Of a stretch of 64,000 bases of DNA, positions 1 to 12,734 are shown piece by piece. The translations under genes were made by a program, and so were the position numbers. Under the pieces are notes generated by a model that worked only from the letters and a program-made list of their open reading frames with translations, was not told where the DNA came from and did not search any database. How positions within the stretch are numbered: the first letter of the stretch is position 1; every line of letters starts with the position of its first letter. This stretch comes from Mobula hypostoma (taxonomy: Eukaryota), in contig NC_086107.1 in the NCBI RefSeq assembly GCF_963921235.1, positions 92,568,001-92,632,000 of the forward strand, written 5' to 3'.

Positions 1-1321
1 ATTCCTCTTTTCCACCACACTCCTCAGTTTCTTACTGCTCACCATGTAATTCCTACCTGATTTGTCTTCCCAAAGTGTAACACCTCACACTTGTCTGCAT
101 TAAATTCTATCTGACATTTGTCAGCTCATTTTTCCAGCTGGTCTAGATCCCACTGCAAGCTCAGATAGTCGTCTTTGATGTTCACTACACCCTCAATCTT
201 GGTGTCTTCCGCAAATCTGCTGATTCAGTTAACCACATTATCATCTACGTCATTGCTATAGACGACAAACCACAAAGGATCCAGCACTGATCCCTGCTGC
301 TCTAGTTGGAGAGGGAACCAGCTACTACCTTTATCTGGCTTCTCCCACAAAGCCTTTGTCTAATCCAATTTACTATCTCATCGTCGATGCCAAGTGATGG
401 AACCTTCTTGACCAAACTCCATGCGGGACCTTGTGAAAGGCCTTGCTAAGGTCCATGCAGACAACATCCACTGCCTTTCTTTCATCAACTTTCTGAATAA
501 CCTCTTGAAAAACTTTTTAAAATTGGTTAGACCCAAAGCCAGGTTGTCTATCCCTAATTAATCCCTATCTGTCCAAATACCTATTGTATACATCTGGACC
601 TTTAGAGTACCTCCAATAACTTACCTACTACTGATATCAGGCTCACTGGCCTATTATTTCCTGGTTTATTCTTAGAACCTTTCTTAAACAACAGAACAAC
701 ATTAGCTATCTTCCAGTCCTATGGAACCTCAACTGTGCACCTGCGGCTAAGGAAATTTTAAATATCTCTTTTAGGGCCCCTGCAATTTCTGCACTAGACT
801 CTCACAGTGTCCGAAAGAATACCTTGCCAGGCCCTGGGGATTTATCCTTCCTAATTTGCCTCAAGACAGCAAACACCTCCTCCTCTGTAATCTATATACA
901 GTTCACGAGCTTTCTGCTGCTTTGCCTCACTTCTATAGATTCTGTGTCCATCTCCTGAGTAACTACAGATGAAAAACCTCCATTTAAGATCTCGCCCATC
1001 TCCTTCATCTCCATGCATAGGTAACCACTCTGATCATCCAGAGGACCAATTTTGTCCTTTGATAATCTGTTTGCTTAATATATCTGTAGACCCCCTTGGG
1101 ATTCTCCTTCACCTTGTTTGCCAGGGCAACCTCATGCCTTCTTTTAGCCCTCCTGATTTCATTCTCAAGTGTTCTCTTGCATTTCTGATACTCCTCAAGT
1201 ACCTCATCTGCCCCTTCCTGCCTAAACCTGCTACGTACCTTCTTCTTCTTAACCAGGACCTCAATATCGCTTAAAAACCAAGGTTCCCTAAATCGTTATC
1301 CTTGTCTTTTATTTTGCCAAG

Positions 1322-1953
1322 GACAGGCAAAATTGGCGGGAGGAGAGAAAGCAGCGCGCACAGCCCTCCGGTGAAAAATGATATCATATCCGTTAAATAG
1401 GGGCTGTGGACAATTCTGATTTGATGGAGACAGCACGGAGGAACACAGAGGAACATCTGGAGAAATTTCTGAAATGCTCATTCGCTGCTGTCGTTACTGC
1501 GCGGTAGGGAATCTTCCGGAGGGAAGGCCTCAAAATCCCCGGCTTTGCCTGCTGTTGGCAACCGAGATTGAGGTCGAATCGTTTGGACAGAGATGGCGCT
1601 CAGTACTCGGTGTTGGAGAGCTGATTTGGAGGCTCGAAGTTTTCAGATGACTCAGAGACGGATTGTGGTCAGGCATGGCAGGGAGAGTTTTTCTTCCTTC
1701 TCCCGTCAGCGTGAGGTGTGGGACATTTGAGAGACTTTGAACTTTTTACTGTGCTCATGGACTTCTTCATCAAGTTATGGTATTGTTGCACTGTTGTAAC
1801 TATATGTTATAATTATGTGGTTTTGTCAGTTTTTTCAGTCTTGGTCTGTCCTGTGTTTTGTGATATCACACTGGAGGAAATAATGTATCATTTCTTAATG
1901 CATGCATTACTAAATGACAATAAAAGAGGACTGCGTGTCTTCATAATCTAAAT
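1322..1953 (+). mobile_element. 5'-truncated non-LTR retroelement 3' portion inserted in the CR1
   Basis: Abrupt break in CR1 homology; CpG-retaining body; ends with AATAAA (1919-1924) and an ATAATCTAAATC tail. Confidence 0.55.
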
Positions 1954-2503
1954 CGGTACTCTCAAAATTTTATCTTTGAAGGCCTCCTACTCATCAACTA
2001 CACCTTTGTCAGAAAACAATCTGTCCCAGTCCATGCATGCCAGATTCTTTCTGATACCATCAAATTTGGCCTTTCTCCAACTTAGAATGTCAACACAAGG
2101 ACTAGATCTATCCATCAGCATAATTATCTGGAAACAATGGCGTTATGATTACTAGATGCAAAGTGTCACTCTGCACAAACTTCTGTCACCTGTTCTGCTT
2201 CATTCCCAAATAGATCTAGTATTGCACCTTCTCTAGTTGGGACCTCTATGTACCGACAAGAGACTTTCCCGGACATATTTGACAAACTCTAACTCATCCA
2301 GCTATTTCACAGTATGGGATTCCCAGTCAATATATGGAAAGTTAAAATCATCTAATATCACAACCTTGTTTCTTGCAACAGTCTGTGAACTCTCTATAAA
2401 TTTGCTCCTCTAAATCCCACAGACTGTTGGGTGGTCTATAATATAATCCTATTAATGTGGTCATCCCTTTCTTATTTTTCATTTCCATCTAGTAGATGGG
2501 CTC

Positions 2504-3696
2504 CTCCAAACGACCAGGTGCTGTGTCTTACCGTGGCCGATGTGAGGAGAACCCTATGCGGGGCCAACCCACAGAAGGCTGCTGGACCAGACAATATTCC
2601 TGACAGAGTGCTTAGAGGATGTGTAGACCAGCTAGCTGAGATTCTCACTGACATCTTCAACATCTCCCTGAGCAGCTCCGTCGTTCCTACGTGCTTCAAG
2701 ACTGCCACCATCGTCCCCGTGCCAAAAAAGTCTTCAGTGTCCTGCCTCAACGACTACCATCCCGTTGCACTCACATCCATCATCATGAAGTGTTTCAAGA
2801 GGCTCATCATGTGGCACATCAAGACCCTGCTGCCCCCCTCACTGGAACCCCTGCAGTTCACGTACTGTCCCAACCGTTCAACAGACGACACCATTACCAT
2901 CACCCTCCACCTGGCCCTAACATCTGGACAAAAAAGACACATATGTTCGAATGCTGTTCATAGACTTCAGTTCAGCATTCAACACAATCATTCCTCAGAA
3001 ACTGATTGGAAAGCTGAGCCTACTGGGCCTGAACACCTCCCTCTGCAACCGGATCCTAGACTTCCTGACTGGGAGACCTCAGTCAGTTCGGATTGGAAGC
3101 AGCATCTCCAACACCATCACACTGAGCACAGGGTCCCCCAGGGCTGTGTGTTCAGTCCACTGCTGTTCACTCTGCTGACCCACGACTGTGCTGCAATGCA
3201 CAGCTCGAACCACATCATCACGTTCGCTGATGACACAACCGTGGTGGGTCTCATCAGCAAAAATGATGAGTCAGCATACAGAGAGGAGGTGCAGAGCCAA
3301 CAACCTGTCTCTGAATGTGAACAAAACAAAAGAGATGGTTGTTGACTTCAGGAGGACACGGAGCGACCACTCTCTGCTGAACATTGACGACTCCTCCGTA
3401 GAGATCATTAAGAGCACCAAATTTCTTGGTGTTCACCTGGCGGAAAATCTCACCTGGTCCTTCAACACCAGCTCCATAGCAAAGAAGGCCCAGCAGCGTC
3501 TCTACTTTCTGCGAAGGCTGAGAAAAGTCCATCTCCCACCCCCCCATCCTCACCACATTCTACAGAGGTTGTACTGAGAGCATCCTGAGCAGCTGCATCA
3601 CTGCCTGGTTCAGAAATTGCACCATCTCGGATTGCAAGACACTGTACCAGCAGTTATGGTCAAAATGACAATAAAAAGTGACTTGACTTGACTTGA
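2504..3696 (+). mobile_element. Rex1/Babar-type LINE, 5'-truncated, RT pseudogene
   Basis: Motifs [76 protein letters not shown] and KAQQRLYFLRRL occur across frameshifts. Ends with AATAAA and a (GACTT)n tail; flanked by GCTC at 2500-2503 and 3697-3700. Confidence 0.9.
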
Positions 3697-3822
3697 GCTC
3701 TCCAGTTTATCCTGTCTGAGGACTGCTGAGACATTTTCACTGACTAATAACGCACCCCTCCTCCTTTAATCCCTCCTTCTCTAACATGTCTAAAATATCG
3801 AACCCCGAAACATTGAGCTGCT

Positions 3823-3959
3823 AGTCCTGAAGAAGGGTTTCAGCCTTAAACATTGACTATCCATTCTTTTCCATAGATGCTGCCTGACTTGCTGAGTTCC
3901 TCCAACATTTTGTGTGGGTAGCTCTGGATTTCCAGAATCTGCAGAATCTCTTGTGTTTA
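3823..3959 (+). mobile_element. Penelope-like terminal repeat (pLTR) fragment with a degenerate hammerhead
   Basis: agtcCTGAAGAagggtttcagccttaaacattgact followed by catagatgctgcctgacttgctgagttcctcc; homologous to 44671-44803. Confidence 0.7.
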
Positions 3960-5509
3960 TCAGCTGCCAGCCCTGCCCCTCCTACAAGCAAACCTCACTA
4001 ATGGTGACAATATCATAATTTCATGTGCTGATCCATGCCCCAAGCTCATCAACCTTTCTTACAATACTCCTTGCATTGAAATATACACAACTCACAGCAT
4101 TAGTCCCATCATGTTCATCCCTCCTGACTTTGTATGTAAGCTTAACCATCTCTCCCTACACAATTCCATTCTCTGCTCAGGCACTCTAGTTCCCATCCCT
4201 TTACAATTTTAGTTTAAAAATCCCCATGCCACACCAGTGAACCTCCCCACAAGGATATTAGCACCCCTCCAGTTTAGGTGCAAAGCATTCCATCTGTACA
4301 GGTCCCACCTTCCCGGGAAGAGAGCCCAATGATCCAAAAATCCAAAGCCCTCCCTTGTGCACCATATCCTTAGCCACATGTTAAACTGTATGACCTTCCT
4401 ATTTCTGAGCTCACTAGCGGGTGACAATACTGAGATCACAACCCAGGAGGCCTTATCCTTTACCTTAGCACCTAACTGCCCGAACTCACTTTGGAGGACC
4501 TCATCACTCTTTCTACCCATGCCATTGGGACTGACGTGCACAACGACCTCTGGTTGCTCACTCTGTACTTAGGAGTACTGTGGACTCAATCAGAGATGTC
4601 CTGGAACCTGGCACCGGGAGGCAACATGCCATCCAGGAATCTCGTTCTCATTCATGGAATTTCTTGCCTGTTCTCCTAACCAATTAATCCCCTGTCACTA
4701 CAGCGAGCCTCTTCTCCCCACTTCCCTTCTGAGCTACAGAGCCAAACTCAGTACCCAAGACCTGACCACTGTGCTTTCCCCTGCTAGCTCATCCCTCAAA
4801 CAGTATCCATAGAAGTATGTCTGTTATTGAGGGGAACAGGTACATGGATACTCTGCTCTGGCTGCTCCTGACACTCACCCAGTTTCCTTGAGTGTAACCT
4901 CCTCCCTGTATGTTCTGTCAATCAACACCTTAGCCTCCTGACTGACCAGGAGCTCATCCAACTCTGGCTCCAATTACTTAAGAAGCTACAGCTGGATGCA
5001 CTTCTTGTCTGGGACAGGGGAGGACTTCCTGCCTTCCCACATCTCACAAAAGGAGCATTCCCCTAACCCGCTTGGCATCTCCCACTGCTCTAACTGTGCA
5101 ATAAGAGAGAAAGAAAGAAATGAAATGAAAAAAATCTACCTACCCCGTCCGCTTCTCCTCATCGGAGCCTCTACGATCCAAAGCCTGAACTGTCCACTCT
5201 AACACTGCTCCGCTCGCACAATGGCCGCTCCGCTCAAGCCTGACGTCTTTTTATTGGCCCTTAACAAGTGCTTAATTATGTACAGTCCGTCTCCGCGGGA
5301 ACCGCTGCGCGCAGAATGTTCCGACTGCTTCCGTTTCCGACATCTAATCCGTGTTGTTCCAAGGAGGATTTGATCAGAAGCCCTGGGTTCAAGCGCTAAG
5401 ATTGTGGACTGGTGCGTCTGGCTGTGGACTACAAGCAGGACATGAAGGCGCTTCTCTTCTACAGAAGCAGAACACGCTAACAACCCAGAGAGAGTATTCC
5501 ATGGGTTTT

Positions 5510-5765
5510 AAAGATAACTTTATTTGCCCCGTGTATATCGAGACATCAAAGCATATACAATTACGTTTGTGTGGGAGATGTGCTGGGGTAAGTGCCGGCA
5601 CGCTTCCGGCACCAACCTAGCAAGCTCCAATTCACTAACCGTAAGCAATACGTCTTTGGAATGAGGGAAGAAACCCACGTGGGGCCTACAAGATGGTTGA
5701 GGCGGGAATCGAATCCCTGTCACTGGTGCTGTAAAGCGACTGCACTGACTGCTACACCATCGTGC
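5510..5765 (-). mobile_element. V-SINE (HE1-like tRNA-derived SINE)
   Basis: The reverse strand has a tRNA-like head (GGATTCGATTCCC B-box) and a V-domain remnant CGTGGGTTTCTTCCCTCATTCCAAAGACGT. Confidence 0.7.
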
Positions 5766-5826
5766 TGCTCCTGAAAACGTTTTGCATGGGTTCCATAAAA
5801 AAACTTTTTGTTGAAGGACTTTTTGT

Positions 5827-5844
5827 CACCGCTAGGTGGTGCCC
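5827..5844 (+). promoter_or_regulatory. Candidate CTCF-binding motif
   Basis: CACCGCTAGGTGGTGCCC matches the CTCF core consensus (CCRCNAGRKGGCRS) with one deviation and lies in non-repeat sequence. Confidence 0.4.
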
Positions 5845-6129
5845 GAGGAGGGCTCCATCCACAGCGGAGTCGGAATCGAAGTCACAGTTATCATCGCTGA
5901 CGGGAAATTTGTCAAGAAATTTGTCTTGCGGCAACAGTACAGTGCACTACATAAAAGTCACAATAATTAAATCGATAGATAGATACTACAAATGAGGAAT
6001 AGAGGGGTAGTATTCATGGGTTCATGGACTGTTCAGATATCTGATGGCAGAGGGGAAGAATCTGTCCCTGAAACGCTGAGTGGAAAACTTTACATCTAAC
6101 TTGTATACTCCCTGCCCGAGGAGTGCGTG

Positions 6130-6572
6130 ACGAAAAGAAAGCACGGCAACGGCTATATTTCATTCGGAGTTTGAGGAGATTTCGCATGTCAGCACAGACT
6201 CTAGCAAATTACCACCGGACCGGTGTACCGTGGAGAGGGAGCACTCTGACTGGTGACATCACAGCCCGGTGCTGAGGCCGCGATGTACAGAGTCGAAAGA
6301 GGCCGCAGAGGCTTGTAGACTCAACCAGCTCCTTCACGGGACAAACCTCCCCAGCATCGAGGGCATTCTCAACAGGCAGCGCCCATCTTTAAGGACCATC
6401 GCCACCCAAGACATGCCTTCTTCTCGTTTCTACCGTCAAGGAAGAGGTACAGGGGCCCGAAGACCCCCACTCAATGCTGTAGGAATACGTTCTTCCCTTC
6501 CACCATCAGATTTCTGAATAGTCAATGAACCGATGAACACTACCTTACTATTCCTATTTTGCTCTATCATCC

Positions 6573-6664
<92 letters not shown>

Positions 6665-6669
6665 GTCTG

Positions 6670-6716
<47 letters not shown>

Positions 6717-6865
6717 GTCTGTCTGTCTATCTATCTATCTGTCTATCTGTCTATCTATCTATCTGTCTGTCTAACTATCTATCTGTCTGTCTGTCTGCCT
6801 ATCTATATAAATATCTGTCTGTCTATCTATCTGTCTGTCTGTCTATCTATCCGTTTGTCTGCCTG

Positions 6866-6936
<71 letters not shown>

Positions 6937-7025
6937 GTCTGTCTGTCTGTCTAACTATCTATCTGTCTGTCTGTCTGCCTATCTATATAAATATCTGTCC
7001 GTCTATCTATCCGTTTGTCTGCCTG

Positions 7026-7058
<33 letters not shown>

Positions 7059-7185
7059 TTAGGTAGTTAGCTAGCAATTTATTCATTGTAACCTATAGTA
7101 GTTTTTTTAATATCTTGCACTGTGCAGCTGCCACAGAACAACAAATTTCACAACATATCAGTGATAATAAACGTGATTCTGATTC
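6130..7185 (+). mobile_element. Rex1-type LINE 3' fragment split by a microsatellite
   Basis: RT C-terminal remnant (ARQRLYFIRSLRRF) at ~6140-6185; 3' tail GATAATAAACGTGATTCTGATTC. Confidence 0.7.
6573..7058. repeat. (TATC)n/(TGTC)n compound microsatellite
   Basis: Directly visible; includes a duplicated variant block (ctaactatct...gcctatctatataaatatctg). Confidence 0.97.
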
Positions 7186-7487
7186 CGAGAGGGTAGAGGG
7201 AGGTTTAACTGGTATCTAACCCTAGTGTCTCCGCCCTGGAAGTGTGTATGGTGCAGAAGGGAGAGAGCTCTCCTCAGAGCCTAACCCATGCTTGTGATTT
7301 CTGGAGCAGAGCATGGCGCGACTTCGTCACTTCAGCTGCTATTTGGCTTGTTTCTATTTTCGGTACGCACTCTCGTCCCCACCTCATCATCTGAGCTGCG
7401 AAATGAAGTGTGCCGCAACACTCGTCTTTAATAGAAGCGAGGACCAGAGGCGCATTCTTCCTCAGCAAATTCCTCACCACACTCATA

Positions 7488-7640
7488 AACTCAAGAAATT
7501 TTGCAGATGCTGTAAATCCAGAGCAACGCACACAAAATGGCAGAGGAACTCAGCAGGTCCGGCAGCATCCATGGAAATGAATATACAGTCGATGTTTCGG
7601 GCCGAGACCTTTCATCAGGACCAGCATTTTGTGTGTGTCC
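7488..7640 (-). mobile_element. Penelope-like pLTR fragment with a near-intact hammerhead (AUC triplet)
   Basis: Reverse complement reads ggtcCTGATGAaaggtctcggcccGAAAcATCgactg at ~7587-7622. Confidence 0.75.
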
Positions 7641-7904
7641 ACTCAGTCTCTCGTGTGTCTTACCGCACTTTGTTCATCTGACTGTCACAAGTTCACCCGC
7701 TGGTGAATCTTGTGATGCTACTCGCTCGCTTTGTTGTGAATCCAGTAATCTTGCTGAAGTCCTTTCCAAGGGTGTCTCAGACAAGACCCCTTTAAGAGAA
7801 CACAGCAACTTCCCCTTTAAATGATCCGAGGTTCCCTCCTGACCAGGAGCGCCCTCTGTGGGCTGATCTTGAAGTACAGGTGTGAAGCATCAGACAACTG
7901 AGGC

Positions 7905-8975
7905 ATAGGTAACTAGAATGTTTCTCCCGTGGTAGGGGGACTCAACAGCTAGAGAACATAGGCTTGAGGCGAGAGGAAGACGTTTTAAAGGGGATCTGAG
8001 GGGTATACTGTTGATATCTGGAACTCGTCCTCAGGGGAGGTGGTGGAATGAGCCTCTTTAGACGCAGAAGGTGGTGGAAGCCATGTCATTGGGTGTATTT
8101 AAGGCAGAGGTAGGTAGGTTCTTGGCTGATAAGGGAGTTAAAGGTTACGGGAAGATGGCGGGAGAATGGGGTTGAAAGGTAAATCAGAATGACGGAGCAA
8201 ACTCAATGGGCTGAATGATTCCGCCCCTGGTACAAGCGCACAATTCATCGAAAGTCACTCCACAGATGGATGGGGCAGTAGGGGAGAAAAAAGCATTTAG
8301 CACGCTGCCCTTCGTCAGTCAGGGCACGGAGTACAGGAGCTGGGTCATTATGCTGGAGATGTACAAGTCATTGGTGAGTCCGCACTTGGAGTATAGTGCA
8401 CAGTTTTGCTCACCTCGTTATAGGGTTAAACTGGAAAGAGTGCAGAAAAGATTTACGAGGTATAAAAGGTCTGAGTTGTAGGGAGAGGTCGGCAGGCTGG
8501 GTCTTTATTACCTGGAATGAGAGCCAACTTTATAGAGATGTTTAACATTATGAGGGGTATAGATAAGGTGGACGGTAACTGCCTTTTCCCCGGGGTACCG
8601 GAGACCAAAACGAGGACGATAAGTTTAGGGACGGAGGTTCCCAACGTTCACTTATGCCATGGACGAATACCATTAATCAAGGGGTCTGTGGACCCCACGT
8701 GGGGACCCCCGGTTTAGAGTAAGAGGGGGAACACTTAAAAGGGACCCGAGGGGCGACTTTTCCATGCAGAGGGCGGTGTGTATATGGAATAGGGTGCCAG
8801 AGGAAGTGGTTGGGGCAGGTAGAGTAGTTTCATTAAGAAGTGCTTGGACAAGTACATGGAGGGGTGGGCTTGAAGGGCTATGGGCCAAAAGCAGGAAACT
8901 GGATGGGCACCGTGGCTGGCATGGACTGGTTGGGCCGAAGGGCCTGTATCTGTGTTGTATTGTTTTATGACTCTA
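7905..8975 (+). mobile_element. Two CR1 LINE 3' fragments
   Basis: MLEMYKSLVSPHLEYSAQF...LERVQKRFTR, IMRGIDKVD and WNRVPEEVV motifs; CR1 3' hairpin ggactggttgggccgaagggcctgt. Confidence 0.8.
8631..8711. mobile_element. ~80-bp hAT-like MITE
   Basis: Termini cggaggttccca...tggggacccccg; imperfect flanking repeat gtttaggg/gtttagag; homologous to 47917-47995. Confidence 0.6.
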
Positions 8976-8979
8976 TTTA

Positions 8980-9546
8980 CACTCAGTGGCCGCTTTTAAA
9001 AAAATACACCTACATTTGCTTGCTAATGCAAATATCTAATCAGCCTATCCTGTGGCAGCAACTCAATGAATAAAAGCATGCAGACGTGGCCAAGAGGTTC
9101 AATTGTTGTTCAGACCAAACATCAGATTGGGGAAGAAATATGATCTCAGGGATTTTGACTGTAGAAAGATTGTTGGTGCCAGACGGGGCGGTTGCAGTAT
9201 ATCAGAAACTGCCGATCTCCTGGAATTTTCACGCACAACAGTCTCTGGGGTGAACAGAGAATGGTGTGAAAAACAAAGAAAAAAATCCAGTGAGCGGCAG
9301 TCCTGTGGGCGAAAACACCGTGTTAATGAGAGAGGGCAGAGGAGAATGGCCGGACGGGTTCAAGCTGACTGGAAGGTGACAGTAACTCGAATGGTAAACG
9401 CGCTACGCACAGGAGCATTTCTCTACGCACAAACCGAACCTTGAGGTGGATGGGCTACAACAGCAGAAGAGAATGAACATACAGAAATGCACTCAGCTGC
9501 CACTTCTGTCGGCACCTCGTGTACCTAATAAAGTGGCCGCCGAGTG
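8980..9546 (+). mobile_element. Non-autonomous Tc1/mariner element with an N-terminal transposase remnant
   Basis: TA-flanked TIRs CACTCAGTGGCCGCTTT / AAAGTGGCCGCCGAGTG; ORF 9103-9444 has the HTH remnant GKKYDLRDFD...IVGARRGGCSISETADLLEFSRTTVS. Confidence 0.85.
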
Positions 9547-10231
9547 TATCTGCAACAGTCTCGATCAGATACTCGCACCGTTCCACATTCGACTGATCAT
9601 AGACTATGGCTTTGATGTACTTACCCCAGCTGGACTGTTCATGTGGCAGTTAGCCAGGGGATCTGGAGGGAAGGGAATGGACTAAAATGTCTGTAATCTA
9701 CACTAGAAATAAAAACGGACCTCTCTGTACATGAATAAATGGTAGAACTTACGATATCTCGCTCTGTTGAAAATTGATTCACTAAATCTCATCGGTCTGA
9801 TGGCCACATTGGGCGGCGGGAGAGATGAAGGGGGTGGGGAGGAGAAGGAGGGGGTGCTGCGGGGACGGGGCGTCTGGATTTGGCCTCAATCTATTTCTGC
9901 CCGTGGGGGGTGGGGGTTCGCAGTCGACACCATTAACCCTTTGTCCCGAGGGGAGCGCGCACAGTTACCAGCCACCATCGGGCGGATTTAATTCCGAGCT
10001 CACTTGACTTGTGTGAGAGAGGGGAGAGCCCGCCGTGCCCAAGGAGGACACTACCTGATTCAGTCCTACGGCAGCAAGAGAGGCGAGGGCGTAAATCACA
10101 GGTCGTGGCAGAATGCCGCGGTGGTAGGTGCATTTAATAGAATGAGACACCTGTCACGGGCATGCGGAGGAGATTTCTGTGTACGGGAATGATGTGAAAC
10201 ACAGGATGGGATTGATAATTAATTGGACGTA

Positions 10232-10236
<5 letters not shown>

Positions 10237-10270
<34 letters not shown>

Positions 10271-10277
10271 GTGTGTA
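10237..10277. repeat. (TG)n microsatellite
   Basis: Directly visible. Confidence 0.95.
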
Positions 10278-10428
10278 TGGTGAGCGAGACAGAGGGGAGA
10301 ATAAAAGGGCACAGGAAGGCGGATGAACAATACATCCGCTTGCAGCCGGTGTCTCCGAGAAACGGACGAGAGACCATCGATCGGGAGGGTTAAAAGGGAC
10401 GGGTATTACATAGAGACAACGCTACGGC

Positions 10429-10448
10429 AGAGGAGGGAGGGAGGGAGG

Positions 10449-10489
<41 letters not shown>

Positions 10490-10848
10490 GGAGAGGGAGG
10501 GAGGGGGAGAAAGAGAGGGAAGGACAGAAAAAGGGGGCGAGGAGAGGACAGGGAGGGAGGGGATAGAAAGGGGCAAGGAGGCGGGGAGGGATTGAGAGGG
10601 AGAGGGAGGGGTGAGAAAGAGGGAGAGGAGAGAAAGGAAGAGGGAGGCAGGGGAGAGAGAGGGGAGCGGGAGAGGAGAGGGTGAGGAAAGAAAGGGGAAA
10701 GACAGAAAGCAGGAGAGGGGAGAGGAAGGGGAGGGAGGAAGAGAAAGGAGAAGGAGGGGAGGAGAAAGAGAGGGGAGGAGAAAGCGAGAGAGGGAGGAGG
10801 GAGAGGGGGGAAGAGAGAGAGAGAGAGAGGAAGGAAGGAGGAGGAGGT
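10429..10848. repeat. Polypurine (GA-rich) low-complexity tract
   Basis: Almost exclusively G/A on the + strand, with (GA)n runs. Confidence 0.9.
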
Positions 10849-10849
10849 A

Positions 10850-11211
10850 TTGGGAGGCTCGTCTGCCAAGAAGCGGTACAGCAGTCGGTTCCGAGGCTCT
10901 AGGATCGGGCTGCGTGAAGTGAGAGGGCGGAGAGTCGGTCGGGCGAGCTGCCCGGAATCAGAGGCAGCAGCGGGGGACGAGCAAGGTCTCCGGGCCGGAG
11001 ACAGCGAGCAGTGGAGGAAAGTTAACGCACCGCCGACTGGGGGATCGACTGTTCCCCGAAGCCCGAGGATCTGTGACCGGGGGGGACCCACACTCCCGGC
11101 CCCGTACTGAGGATCCCAGCCCGGCAGCAGCGACTGGAGCCCGGACCCAGGACCAGGGCCATCCTCCCGCCCCGACAGCTGCAGGAACTCCGGCCGGACG
11201 TCTAACGGCAG
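10850..11211 (+). promoter_or_regulatory. CpG-island promoter / probable non-coding first exon of the host gene
   Basis: Dense CpG in unique sequence, no ATG seen, ends at donor-like CAG|GTATTT (GT at 11212-11213). The 5' boundary is uncertain. Confidence 0.55.
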
Positions 11212-12084
11212 GTATTTACCAGTGCTCCCGCTCCCGTCCGTCCGTCACTGACTCAGCGCCGCGTTCACCGCACTCCCAGCGGCCGGGATCTCGTCTGACA
11301 GCCCAGTGCAGTCCGAGCTGGGTACAAGTACCTTTACGTTCAGGTACAGATCTACCCTAGTTGCAGTCGGAAGTGGGTAAAGGTCCAATTCATGTACAGG
11401 TATACCCAGAGTACAGTCGGAACGGGTACCATGCTCTTCAGAGTTCCATCCCTTGGATACCGGTCCAGCGCTCATCGCCCACGCTCGGGGTTACAGCAGC
11501 CGATCCAGCTGTCCTCTGTTAGGTTTGGGAATTCCTCAACATCCCCCCCCCCCCACCCCTTCCCTTCATACACACGCCCTCTGAAAGCCTCTCCCGCTGG
11601 GGCAATTCACCCAGTTCTCGCTGTATCCCTATATCTCTCTCCCATTTTCCATTCCACTATTCTCCTCCTCGATCCCTCTCCCCTTCTATTCCATCCCTTC
11701 CCTCTCTTTCTCAATCCCCATGTGCCATTCTCTTTTCGATCATTTACCTCTTGTTTCCCCAATTAGCTCCCTTCCCATTCCCTCCTACCCTCTCTACAGC
11801 ATTTGCCTCATTACTGTACACACTCCAACCTCTCCATCACTCCCCCTGTCTCGACCCCCTCTCCTGCTCCTCTGTGCCTTGCACTCTCCTTCATTCAGAC
11901 CTCCACTATCCCTACATTCGACCCAACATCGTCCCCTGAACTACTCCTTCATAATTCCCCTTCTCCTCCCACTGTCATACCCCTCCCCTCAGCAGATACT
12001 ACACCTCCCCAACACACTTTCCCCTGTTTTTTCTCCCTCCATCTCCCCTTTCTCACTGATCCACTCTCTTCATTTTCTCCATGC

Positions 12085-12730
12085 CTGTACAATCTCTCCT
12101 TTCTCCCTTTGTGCATAGAATCTCACCCCCTTCCCCGTGTATGTACATTCTCTCCCCTTCCCTTTGTGTGTACAATCTCCCCCTCCCTTTGTGTGTACAA
12201 TCTCTCCTCTCTCCCCTTGTACGAACAATCTCTCCCCTCTCCCTTTATGTGTACAATCTCTCCTCTCTCCCCTTGTATGTACAATCTGCCCTTTCCCCTT
12301 GTGTGTACAATCTCTCCCCTCTCCCTTTGTGTGTACAATCTCTCCCTTTTGTGCACAATCTGCCCTTTCCCTTTGTGTGTACAATCTCCCCTCTCCCCTT
12401 GTGTGTACAATCTTCCCTGTCCCTGTGTGTACAATTTCCCCTCTCCCCTTGTGTGTACAATCTCTCCCCTCTCTCCTTCGTGTGCACAATCTCTCCCGAT
12501 GTGTGTACGATCTCTCCCCATGTGTACAATCTCTCACCTTGTGTGTACAATCTCTCCCCTTGTTTGTACAATCTCTCCTCTCTCCCGATGTGTGTACAAT
12601 CTCTCCCCTTGTGTGTATGCTCCCCATTCCCTTGTGCATACACTCACGCCCCTTTCTCCGTGTGCATACATTCTCTCCCATCACCCCTTGTGCCTACACA
12701 CTCCTCTCTCCCCTCTTGCGTACAGTCTCC
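12085..12730. repeat. Degenerate ~28-bp minisatellite (TGTGTGTACAATCTCTCCCCTCTCCCCT-like)
   Basis: Recurrent TGTACAATCT core separated by pyrimidine runs. Confidence 0.9.
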
Positions 12731-12734
12731 CCAC

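Larger units (their letters stand above)
1..5340 (-). mobile_element. Near full-length decayed CR1-type LINE (5'UTR, ORF1 esterase-like, ORF2 endonuclease and RT), interrupted by three younger insertions; 3' end lies beyond the window start
   Basis: The reverse strand gives an RT motif remnant SRFAEDTKI (~198-221), an APE motif remnant VVILDDFNFPYIDW (~2325-2365) and ORF 4209-4541 (...GRKSDEVLQSEF...WCTREGFGFLDHW...LHLNWRGANIL), which resembles the SGNH/GDSL ORF1 of CR1. A CpG-rich 5' end (GGAGCGGCCATTGT) lies at ~5218-5231. Many stops and frameshifts. Confidence 0.85.

Noticed and set aside
2431..3577. Functional reverse transcriptase gene
   Set aside because: 5'-truncated, frameshifted and internally deleted LINE.
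6533..7070. Hydrophobic YLSI-repeat ORFs
   Set aside because: Translation of (TATC)n.
10058..10080. REST/RE1-like site (TTCAGTCCTACGGCAGC)
   Set aside because: Too many mismatches to TTCAGCACCACGGACAGC.
10323..11091. E/R/G-rich and P/S/L-rich ORFs
   Set aside because: Derived from the polypurine tract.
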